Shown piece after piece: positions 51,609-62,580 of a DNA stretch of 64,000 bases. How positions within the stretch are numbered: position 1 is the stretch's first letter; the number at the start of each line of letters is the position of its first letter. The position numbers and the translations under genes are program-made. The stretch is taken from contig NC_057728.1 in NCBI RefSeq assembly GCF_004010195.1, forward strand, positions 52,863,922 through 52,927,921. Reading direction: 5' to 3'. The DNA comes from Chiloscyllium plagiosum (Eukaryota). The notes beneath the pieces are model-generated. The model was not told where the DNA came from. It searched no databases and worked only from the letters and a program-made list of their open reading frames with translations.

Positions 51609-53579
51609 CAATAAAGGAAAGCATACCAAACGCCTTCTTCACTACTCTATCTACTTGTGACTCCACTTTCAAGGAGCTATGAACCTGCACTCCAAGATCT
51701 CTTTGTTCAGCAACACTCCCCAGGACCTTACCATTAAGTGTATAATTCATGCGAAGATTTGCTTTCCCAAAACGCAGCACCTCACATTTATCTGAATTAA
51801 ACTCCATCTGCCACTTCTCAGCCCATTGGCCCATCTGATCAAGATCCTGTTGTAATCTGAGGTAACTTTGTTTGCTGTCCACTACACCTCCAATTTTGGT
51901 GTCATCTGCAAACTTACTAACTGTACCTCTTACGCTCGCATCCAAATCATTTATATAAATGATGAAATGTAGTGGACACAGCACCGATCCTTGATGCACT
52001 CCACTGGTCACAGGCCTCCACTCTGAAAAACAACCCTCCACCACCATCCTCTATCTTCTACCCAAATGGCTAGTTCTCCCCGTATTCTATAAGATCTAAC
52101 CTTGATAACGAGTCTCCCATGGGAAACCTTGTCGAACACCTCATGGAAGTCCATACATATCACGTCTACCGCTCTGCCCTCATCAATCCTCTTTGTTACT
52201 TCTTCAAAAAACTCAATCAAGTTTGTGAGAAATAATTTCCCACACACAAAGCCATGTTTACTATCCCTAATCAGTCCTTGCCTTTCCAAATACATGTATA
52301 TCCTGTCCCTCAGGATTCCCTCCAACAACTTGCCCACCACCGAGGTCAGGCTCACCGGTCTATAGTTTCCGGGCTTGTCCTTACCCCTTTTCTTAAACAG
52401 ACCTCCAGTCTTCAGACACCTCACCTGTGGCTATTGCTGATACAAATATATCTGTAAGAGGCCCAGCAATCACTTCTGTAGCTTCCCACAGAGTTCTCGG
52501 GTACACCTGATCAGGTCCTGGGGATTTATTCACTTTTATGTGTTTTGAGGCATTCAGCACTTCCTCCTCTGTAATATGGACATTTTTCAAGATGTCACCT
52601 TCTATTTCCCCACATTCTATACCTTCCATGTCATTCTCCACAGTAAACACTGATGCAAAATACTTGATTAGTACCTCCTCCATCTCTTGCGGCTCCACAC
52701 AAAAGCTGCCTTGCTGATCTTTGAGGAGCCCTATTCTCTCCCTAGTTACCCTTTTGTCCTTAATTTTTTTGTAAAAACCCTTTGGATTCTCTTTATCTCT
52801 ATTTTCCAAAGCTTTCTCATGTCCCCTTTTTGCCCTCCTGATTTCCCTCTTAAGTCTACTCTTACTGTCTTTATACTCTTCTTAGGATTCACTTGATCTA
52901 TCCTGTGTATACCTGACATATGTTTCCTTCTTTTTCTTAACCAAACCCTCAATTTCTTTTGTCACCCAGCATTCCCTACACCACCTTTCCTTTCACAACT
53001 ACAGAAATATATTGTCTCTGGATTCTCGTTATTGCATTTCTGAAGGTTTCCCATTTTCCAGCCGTCCCTTAACCTGCGAACATCTGCCCCCAATCAGCTT
53101 TCAAAAGTTCTTGCTTAATACCATCAAAATTGGCCTTTCTATAATTTTGAACTTCAATTTTTAGATCTGGTCTATCCTTTTCTATCAGTATTTTATAATT
53201 AATAGAATTATGGTCGCTGGCCCGAAAGTGCTCCCCCACTGACAGCTCAGTCACCCGCCCTGCCATTTTTTTCCCAGGGGTTGGTCAAGTTTTGCACTTT
53301 CTCAAGCAGGTAATTCATATCCTGGATCAGAAAATTTTCTTAACAAATTTTCTTAACACTTAACAAATTCCTCTCCATCTAAGCCTTTAACACTATTGCA
53401 GTCACAGTCTATGTTTGAAAAGTTAAAATCCCCTGCCATAACCACCCTATTATTCTTGATAGCACTTGTAAAAGTAAAAGTGCATGATTTCAATTGACAT
53501 ATATGGATCTGTGGTGGCAGGATGACCAAGACTGGGAACTGAATAAAAAGGAAAAAGGAGGTCAAATAGAGCTAATAAT

Positions 53580-54400
53580 AAAGAACAGGACTGGTGTGCT
53601 TCTAAGAAAGTATCTCTGATCAGAAGAGCAGGATGGACAATCTGCTTGAGTTGAACTAAGAAACAGCAAGGACAATGAACATTGGTCAGCATTGTTTACA
53701 GGACATTAAACATTAATGGTAATGTAGGTCATGGTATAATTCAGAAAATTCTAAGTGCATGCAGAAGGGGAATTGCAGTCATCATTGGTGACTTCAATCT
53801 ACATACAGGCTTGTGAAATCTAATAAGCAGCAATAATGTGGATGAAGAATTCATACAATGTGTTTCAGATAGTTTTCTGAAGCAATAAGCTCAGGAACTA
53901 AAGGGAGCATGGGACCATTTTAGATCTAGTAATATACAATGAGAAAGGGCTATTAATTTGTTATAAAAGAATCTTTAGGAAATGATGATCAAAATATTAT
54001 ATGATTTGCAGTTAAGTTTGAAAAAGATGTAGTTTAATCTGGAAATAGGCGGCACAGTGGCACAGTGGTTAGCACTGCTGCCTCACAGCGCCTGAGACCC
54101 GGGTTCAATTCCTGCCTCAGGCGACTGACTGTGTGGAGTTTGCACGTTCTCCCCGTGTCTGCGTGGGTTTCCTCCGGGTGCTCCGGTTTCCTCCCATAGT
54201 CCAAAGATGTGCAGGTCAGGTGAATTGGCCATGCTAAATTGCCCGTAGTGTTAGGTAAGGAGTAAATGTAGGGGTATGGGTGGGTTACGCTTCGGCGGGT
54301 CGGTGTGGACTTGTTGGGCCGAAGGGCCTGTTTCCACACTGTAATGTAATCTGTAATCTAAAATAATCTAGGCACTTAAACCTAAATAAAGTAGGAAGGG
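53580..54400 (+). mobile_element. Old CR1 endonuclease fragment
   Basis: IGDFNLH and ILDLV remnants. Confidence 0.6.
54048..54360 (+). mobile_element. Young HE1/V-type SINE
   Basis: GGCGGCACAGTGGCACAGTGGTTAGC, GGTTCAATTCC, (TGTAATC) tail. Confidence 0.93.
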
Positions 54401-54454
54401 AAGGTTAGCTGTGGCTGCTGTGACCCCATGTTAGACCCAATATCTCCTGCCCAC

Positions 54455-55050
54455 TAGGGTAGTGAAGATGGTGTTTGGTTTGCTTGCCTACATTGGTTAG
54501 AGCATTGAGTGTAGGAGTTGAGACGTCATGCTATAGCTGTATAAAATATTGATAAGGCCACATTTGGAGTGATGTATTTAATTCTGGTCGTCCTCCTGTA
54601 GGAAAAAAGATTTACAAGAATGTTACTGAGACTGACGGGTTTGAGTTAGAAGAAGAGGCTGAATAGGCTGGGACGTTTTTCCCTGAACTGTCTCTAAGGA
54701 GGCTGAGGGGTGACCTTATAGAGGTTAATGAAAACACGGTGTGGCATAGATAAGGTGAATAGCCAAGGTCTTTCCCCCTGGTTAGGGAGTCCAAAACTAG
54801 GGGGCATAGATATAAGGTGAGCGGGGAAAAATTTAAAAGTGGCCTGGGGGCAACTTTTTCACACAAAGGGTGGTGTGTATATGGAACAAACTGTCAGAAG
54901 AAGTGGTAGAAGTGGGTACAATTATAATATTTAAAAGGCATTTGGATGGGTACATGGATAGGAAAGGTTTAGAGAGAGATGGGCCAAATGGAGGCAAATG
55001 GAGCTAGTTCAGTTTAATGGTTGGCATGGACAAGTTGGGACGTGCTATAT
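54455..55050 (+). mobile_element. CR1 3' fragment
   Basis: LRGDLIEV and RGHR motifs. Confidence 0.85.
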
Positions 55051-56179
55051 GACTGCAATACTTGATGACAACTCCATCACCTACCTGGCATCCTACTATT
55101 CTACTTACCCACTGTCTGGGACTCTACCTCCAATGCCCTTGGAATCTACTCCCTTGATACCAGCGCTCTCACTAATTGTCTTTCTTCTGTGCAGAACTCC
55201 AAAGCTTATGTGTTGGAGCAACTAACAGAACCAGACGTCAATGCTGCAAGTGGTGTTAACACACTAATTTCCATGCATGGACCCTTGGAGATACTTAGCG
55301 CATGTGCACAGCTGTGCAGCTTAGACGGAATGTTGCTTGCATTGTACTTAACAGGTACCCTAGCTCTATCAATTGGAATTTTACCTACTTCACTCTTGAA
55401 CCCCTATCCACCTGGCACCCTACTCCCACTACCCACTTGGCACCCAATCCTTTCGGTACCCTAACATCATAGTTACCTCTTTTCACAGGAGCTGTCAAAA
55501 TGGTTGTTGGGCCTTTATATTACAGAATATAGGAACTGACTGCTGTGAAATAAATATGTGGTTTGTCTTTCCCCAACTATTCTTTGCTAAGGGGGACCTG
55601 TCAGAATGCAAGTATGGCTCTGCACTTCTAAAGGAGTCCTGATCAGAATCTCCTGTTGGAAATGTGGATCTCTTTTGTTTTGTAAAAATGCAGTAGTGTG
55701 GAAATCTGTGTGTGGCTGCCACTCCTTGAAAAATCCAGCTCAAGAAATCCCCCTGAAATAATTAAGATATAAGGGTCCAGTGAAAGTGTGGAACTAAAAG
55801 AAATTGATGGTGGAATATTTCCTGGCTCCACAAATCCAACCTGAGCAAACTGGCCTGGGAAGTCTGGGTTGGCTAAGCTGCCTGGGACATGGGCCAGGAT
55901 GAGATTGCCTGCGGATGCAAGCTAGATTCATGCCCTGGCACAGTGTAAAAGATTAATTAAAAAATGAACGAAACTTAAAACAGTTCTTCAACTCTCACCC
56001 CTTTTATCTTCACCCTTCCACACACACTGCTCAAGTTCCATGGACAATGATCCAATCTTCCTCACTGTCTAATCCTAACCCATTCTCCTTCTACTCATCT
56101 CCACGCCACTTCATACCCCCAATGCCTCTCAATTCTCTCCCCATAGCACTATACTCTCTAAGATACTCTCTAATTCCGT

Positions 56180-56710
56180 GTACCAATCCCAACCAACCCA
56201 ACCACCCCGTGGCTCAACATTTCAACTCCCCCTCCACCAAGGACATGCAGGTCCTTGGACTCCTCCATCGCCAGACCATAGCAACACGACGGTTGGAGGA
56301 AAAGCGCCTCATCTTCCACCTAGGAACCATCCAACCACAAGGGATGAACTCGGATTTCTCCAGTTTCCTCATTTCCCCTCCCCCTACCTTGTCTCAGTCA
56401 AATTCCTCGAACTCAGCACCGCCTTTCTAACCTGCAATCTTCTTCCTGACCTCTCCGCCCCCACCCCACTCCGGCCTATCACCCTCACCTTGACCTCCTT
56501 CCACCTATTGCATTTCCAACGCCCCTCCCCCAAGTCCCTCCTCCCTACCTTTTATCTTAGCCTGCTGGGCACACTTTCCTCATTCCTGAAGAAGAGCTTA
56601 TGCCCGAAACGTCGATTCTCCTGTTCCTTGGATGCTGCCTGACCTGCTGCGCTTTTCCAGCAACATATTTTCAGCTCTGATCTTCAGCATCTGCAGTCCT
56701 CACTTTCCCC
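56180..56710 (+). mobile_element. Penelope-like 3' end: GIY-YIG endonuclease C-terminus, UTR, hammerhead (56586-56613), tail
   Basis: HPVAQHFNSP..LGLLH..RRLEEKRLIFHLGTIQPQGMNSDF; CTGAAGAAGAGCTTATGCCCGAAACGTC. Confidence 0.88.
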
Positions 56711-58280
56711 CCATTCCCTTCATGCCAACCTGTACCCCTGTACCCACAACATGGTTGCTACATATCTCCTTGCCATTTCTCCCCTCCCCAAAAGGCTCAT
56801 GATACTCCTCAAAGATTTCTCAGAACCACATCAAAAGGAAAAACTTACATCTCTAAAGAGGTATGCTGGTTATCCAAACATTATTACATAGTTCAGATCT
56901 ACTTTTAGCAGATCAAGTGAGCACACTCCAAGTTCCACATTACAGAGATACCAAAAACATATGTCAGTGGAGGTAACTGGATGTTTTACGCAACCTCACC
57001 CTACACCTACCCCTTTGGTAGTGGAAAATGCTGTGTTTGCAGATGAGACTTGTCATTTCAGGCCACTTTCACAATTTCCACAATCATAAAGAGGCTCTCC
57101 ATTGTGGCAGAAACTAGGCTGTTCTGTTAGTTCAGAAATGCTTGGTCAACCAATACTTTTACAAACAAATTTGTTGAACATTATGTTACTGCTATTATCT
57201 CTAATCAGATGTGGACATATGTATTTCGGTAGGACTGGCAGCCTTTCTCTTTTCCTCTGCCACTCTCTGCCCAATTGCCACTCTTAAAACACATCCTGAG
57301 ATGTCATATACAGAATGGCACAGAAATTGGTATGCAGGGGTTAGAAGCAAATTGTGACTGCTAAATTAATCTCTTTGTTTCCTCTGTAAAATCTATTTTA
57401 ATTGTTTGTTTCTGTGTGATTGCCTTAAACAGTATTCAAGATCTCTATATGACTGCAGAATGCACATTGCAATATGTTTATTTTTAATCAGTTTCAGACT
57501 GGTTTTCCTTCGTACTATAATTGTTTGCTGTAAAGATGATATGACTGCAGTCCTTCTGAGAGCAGAGCCACCCAAACAAACAGATTAAATACAGGACTAG
57601 TCACATGGTCGACTAATAAACATTTATAGATAAACATCACTGCTTGTGAAGAAAACGGCAACTGAAGTCACCATACATGTAAACATACTTTATGGAGGGT
57701 ATATTTATGTATGGTTGAATGTGTGGGTATGTCTGTATGCAAGTGTGTGCAAAGGGCTGTTTGCAAGTACAAATCTCCACAATGTGAATGTGCATGAAAG
57801 TGCAGGTATGTGGGCGAGTTTAAGTGTCTTTGTAAGAGTGTGCCAGTGCACATACCTGTCTGCAAGACTGCGCTTGCAACTGTGGTAAGTAAATCCTAGT
57901 ATTTTATAATCAACACATTGCATTAACTTTACTCTTTACTCTCAAGATTGTTAAGCTATTCTGTTTACTTATGATTTTTAATGATACATATAGATCATAT
58001 TGCATATAGGTTTGCAGAGAGAATTATTTTCTGCCAGAACACACACACACAAATATCTGTCCATATGAATATGTGTTGGTCTGGTACAATCGCTGCTTAT
58101 TATGTTCTCAGTATAAATTTCACACTGTTCTATTTCATAAGCAACTGTCTTCACAGATGGTCCATAAACTTTACTATACGTTATTGTGTTTTTTAGGTCC
58201 TACACCTTATGTCAACATTAAACCCCCCTTTCCCACTCTAACTTGCTATGTCAACACTCAAACGTATTTATCAGTTCTGA

Positions 58281-58294
58281 CCAGCAGGGGGCTC
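58281..58294 (+). promoter_or_regulatory. Candidate CTCF-binding motif
   Basis: CCAGCAGGGGGCTC vs core consensus CCASYAGRKGGCRS, in non-repetitive sequence. Confidence 0.4.
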
Positions 58295-58507
58295 TCTGGA
58301 GCAAGCTTCTGCAATCTCCCAACTCCATCATCTTGGGTCTTTGGTAGAAATACAAGAGGTTAAAGTAAGAATTCAGTTGTTAGAATCTTGCATTGTTTCA
58401 GTATTGTTGCAGCACTCTGTTGCATTCATTATCTGCAGTGAAGCTTTTACCACCTCTTTCTTTATAGTATTTTGTTTGCAACTTACTGTGCACTTATAAA
58501 TTGCAGC

Positions 58508-59148
58508 TGTCACAAAGCTGGTTCTTTTTTCTAAAAGCTGTTCCTTTTCTCAAGCTCTCAAGCATACTGTGTCTTTGGTTTTTTTCAGAGGGGTTGTAAA
58601 CAGGCCAGGCTCCAAAACAGCTGGGTTTGGTACAGAGATGAAAGGCCTTTTTGTTTATATGTAAACAGATGAGTCTTTAGGCCAAAGCTTTTATGTTTTT
58701 AGAAATAACCTGTATAAGTCAAGGGGGTGTAGCCAGCTGTCTAGCTGAGCAGTACAGTCCATAACTAGTTAGCTCAGCTATGGAGCTTAGTGGAAACAGG
58801 CTGCCAGAATCTCTCTCCTTCTGCCCTTCTAACTTCAACCTATAAGCCTTTGTTTCATTTTTACTATGTTTAAAGGGGTTTGTTTATTGGGACTGTTGTG
58901 TATATTCAGAACAGCATAAATAGGTCTAGTTTGGATAGACTGAGTTCTGTGGATATTCTTTGTTCTGTTCTCTGTGTTTCATTCTGTAATTTTGTGAATA
59001 AATGTTTGTCTGCTTTAAAACCTGGTTGTCAACCTAGCTAACTTACTCTGGGTAATATTCACTGGGCACTTACCAAAACAAATTGCAAAGTTATGGTCTG
59101 GGCTGCCTACTTAAGAATGTTTTGAGTGGTCTGGCCTAGTCCATAACA
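58508..59148 (+). mobile_element. Solo LTR (641 bp), unrelated to the 38189 family
   Basis: TGTCA...TAACA ends, TSD CAGC at 58504 and 59149, internal AATAAA. Confidence 0.75.
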
Positions 59149-59296
59149 CAGCCAGGAGGTCATATGGTTCAATGGGCTGTATCCTTACCGGGCCTGGGTA
59201 CAAGAGGCATTGCAGAACTTGATGGCCATGGCAGCTTGCAAATCAATCTGAAAAGCCTTTTGATATACCAATGGCACAAAATTTACAGAGGCACTC

Positions 59297-60926
59297 TGTT
59301 GTGATTGGATAGAGGTTGGTCAGGTGAATCTCATTGACTATGAAGTCCCTGTTTGGGGCTGTTAACCTGGGCCAATCAGGGAGCCCTGGCTGTCATATAG
59401 AAACAGGAATCTTTTGCTGCTCCTCTCCCTTGTAAAATTGCTGTCTTTTGTGTACAGCTGTCAATGTTTTTTGTAAACTGTTTTGTAACTTGTTTAATAA
59501 AATAAAAAAAAAAAAACACTGTGTCTCACACCTGCACACACACACCATGGGTTCTGGGGATAAAATAAGCACTACCGCACCTAGGTGGTAGTGTGGGGGT
59601 TAAAATTAAAAAAAAAAAATAGAAACAGGAATCTACCGGGCGGTGGGGATCCCCAGTGGAGGGCTCTCTACGCGGGAGTCCTCCCCCTTTCTCTCGGGGA
59701 TCTGGGGTGGAGGGTGCTGCACGCAGCAGTCCCCTGCAACCGCAGATTGCGGTGGTTCACGGACCCCCAGCCCAACTGCTTGTTCTGTGGCACTGTGGAG
59801 TCCGTGGACCATGTNNNNNNNNNNNNNNNNNNNNNNNNNNNNNNNNNNNNNNNNNNNNNNNNNNNNNNNNNNNNNNNNNNNNNNNNNNNNNNNNNNNNNN
59901 NNNNNNNNNNNNNNNNNNNNNNNNNNNNNNNNNNNNNNNNNNNCACTGTGTCTCACACCTGCGCACACACAAAAAAAAAAGGGAGTGCACCGGGCGGTGG
60001 GGATCCCCAGTGGAGGGCTCTCTACGCGGGAGTCCTCCCCCTTTCTCTCGGGGATCTGGGGTGGAGGGTGCTGCATGCAGCAGTCCCCTGCAACCGCAGA
60101 TTGCGGTGGTTCACGGACTCCCAGCCCAACTGCTTGTTCTGTGGCGCTGTGGAGTCCGTGGACCACGTGTATATTGGGTGTGGGCGTTTGCACTCCCTTT
60201 TTGATTTCCTTCAAAACCTTCTCCTCTGTTTTTGGCTGCACTTCAGTCCCACGCTCCTGATCTTTGGGCACCCGGTACGGAGGAAGGGGGGCAGGTCTGA
60301 AGACCTCCTCGTGGGTCTGCTCCTGGGCCTGGCCAAACTGGCCATCAACAGGTCCAGGCAGCGGGCCGTGGAGGGGGTCATTAGGGCCAACTGCCTGCCC
60401 CTCTTCCACGGCTACGTTAGTGCCCGGGTGTCCTTGGAGAAGGAGCACGCGGTGTCCACCAACACCCTGGAGTTGTTCATGGAGAGGTGGGCGCCGCAGG
60501 GAGTGGAGTGCATCATTTCTCCGTCCAATTCTATTTTGATTTAGTCCCTACCCTCCCCTTCACTGTTTTGATCACACAGCACTGCCCTTTGATGTGAAGG
60601 GCAGTGTTTGTCACTGGCCACCGGGGTGTTTTCCTATCTTCCTGGTGGTGGAAATTGAATAAAGATTCGTGCACTTTGTGTCTTTCACTGTGTCTCACAC
60701 CTGCACACACACACCATGGGCGCTGGGGATAAAATAAGCAAAAAAAAAGAAAAAAAAGAAAGAAAAAAAAAAGAAAAAAAAAGAAACAGGAATCTCAGAG
60801 TCTTCTGTTTCTAGGGACTGGCACTGAACTGCCTGGTCAGAGTTGATGTACTCTGCTCATGTAAATAAAGGGTGACTTAGTAACCCTTAGTAACTTAGGG
60901 ATTCCAGCCTCATTGCAGGTATGTCA
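59297..60926 (+). mobile_element. Solo LTR related to the 38189 family, interrupted by Tx1-type insertions
   Basis: CCAATCAGGGAGCCCTGGCTG..GTAAATAAAGGGTGACTT; flanks CACTC/CACAC. Confidence 0.8.
59413..60781 (+). mobile_element. Tandem young Tx1-type (L1 clade) 3' ends with poly-A
   Basis: DLGWRVLH..CLFCGAVESVDHVYIGC zinc knuckle, stop at 60544, CpG-rich; AGAAACAGGAATCT at 59399, 59621 and 60782. Confidence 0.88.
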
Positions 60927-61069
60927 CACACCCAATGCAGTACTAAGAGATTGCTGTCTCTTGGAAGTGTTGTATTCAAATAAGAATTTAAACCGAGGCT
61001 GTGTTTGCTTGCACTCATGTGTAAATTAGGGATCCCTTAATTTTATGCATTGTGAATTAACCTGCAACA

Positions 61070-61530
61070 TGGCGGACTGTAGCATTCAAGAAAGCAGGGT
61101 TCAAGTGCCACTCTGCACGTCCTGAAAACTAAAATCAAAATTGACTCAAATACATCACTGAGGAAATGCTGTACTGTCAGAGGTACCATCCTTTAGATGA
61201 GACTCTAAACCAAGGACCTCTTTGCTTTTTCAGTTGCATGCAGAAGATTCATGGCACCATATTAAAGAAGAAAATGGAATTATCCCTGGTATATTGGCCA
61301 ATGTTTATCCTTTAATCAACATCTTCAAAAATATATTATCAGGTCACAATTGCACTTTGAGGGACTTTGAGGGAGTTTGCTGTCTGCAAACTGGTTGTAA
61401 TTTCATCAACATTACACCAGTGACTACGCTTCAAAAGTGGGTCATTGGCTTAAAGTGTTTTCAGATGCTAGTTACAGAGTCTTTTTTATTCTAATGAGTT
61501 GAGGCATTTGATAAATGCAAATCTTTCATT
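61070..61530 (+). mobile_element. Ancient Deu-type SINE
   Basis: GGGTTCAAGTGCC B box and the same body as 20790-21185. Confidence 0.6.
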
Positions 61531-61874
61531 CACATGACTGACAAACTCAACACAGAACTGTTTTTGTCATTTTATGTATAGGTGAGTGGTTAAGATGATC
61601 TCCTTGTACTGTAAGGACACACTGACATCACTGGAAATTAATACCCTCTGGAAACTTCATTGCAGAGGGGCTCAGTTGGCATGTTAAATATATACAATGC
61701 TTAGATTTAAAAAATCATAATTTAAAATATGAAAACTGAAAAATACACTACACTACCTGGCAGAAGATCTAGGAATAAGAACCTTTAATTGGTGAAGATC
61801 ACACCGATGTACTAATTCACAGATATACTACTTGTGGAGTTCCAACACTTACGTTAAAGTAACACATATCATTT

Positions 61875-62337
61875 GCAAGGATGTAGCCAGGGTTGGAGGA
61901 CTTGAGCTATGGGGAAAGGCTGAACAGGCTGGGGCTGTTTTCCCTGGAGTGTCGGGGGCTGAGGGGTGACCTTATAGAGGTTTATAAAATTATGAGGATG
62001 TGGATAGGGTAAATAGACAAAGTCTTTTCCCTGGGGTCGGGGAGTCCAGAACTGGAAGGCATAGGTTTAGGGTGAGAGGGAAAGATATGAAAGAGACCTA
62101 AGGGGCAACTTTTAACACAGAGGGTGATACACGTATGGAATGAGCTTCCAGAGGAAGTGGAGGCTGGTACAATTGCAACATTTGAGAGGCATTTGGGTGG
62201 GTATATAAATAGGGAGGGTTTGGAGGGATATGGGCTGGGTGCTGGCAGGTGGGACTAGATTGGGTTGGGATATCTGGTCGGCATGGACGTGTTGGACTGA
62301 AGGGTCTGTTTCCATGCTGTACAGCTCTATGACTCAA
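61875..62337 (+). mobile_element. CR1 3' fragment
   Basis: GLEDLSY..LRGDLIEVY..tail. Confidence 0.92.
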
Positions 62338-62459
62338 TGGAATAGAAGAATGTTAAGCAGGTTTCTTGTTCTAATGCAAACTTTGCCAGTGGAAATTTTG
62401 TTTTTAGTGCTACCAGTTAAGGAACTGTCCTCCATAGGTTACTAAATTAAATAGATGGG

Positions 62460-62580
62460 GCCCTCTGGTGTGCATAGTAGTGTCCCTTCCCCTGCACTGG
62501 GAGGCCCAGGTTCAAATCCCACTTGCATCAGAGGTGAATAATGACATCCCTGAACAGCTTGGTTAGAAAATAGGTTAATA
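62460..62580 (+). mobile_element. tRNA-like SINE head
   Basis: B box GGTTCAAATCC; no full cloverleaf. Confidence 0.5.

Larger units (their letters stand above)
48140..53460 (-). mobile_element. Long CR1 (endonuclease C-terminus to tail) split into 48140-48525 and ~51160-53460
   Basis: GDFNF, SDHN, KSPGPD, NYRPVSLTS, FADDTK; halves rejoin at TTTTATAAACC|TCTATAAGG. Confidence 0.9.

Noticed and set aside
54048..54125. tRNA genes (also ~24170-24243, ~7630-7700, ~62460)
   Set aside because: A/B boxes run into SINE bodies and LINE-like tails; no complete cloverleaf.
60579..60608. Rho-independent terminator
   Set aside because: Eukaryotic LINE 3' UTR hairpin; a bacterial terminator call does not apply.
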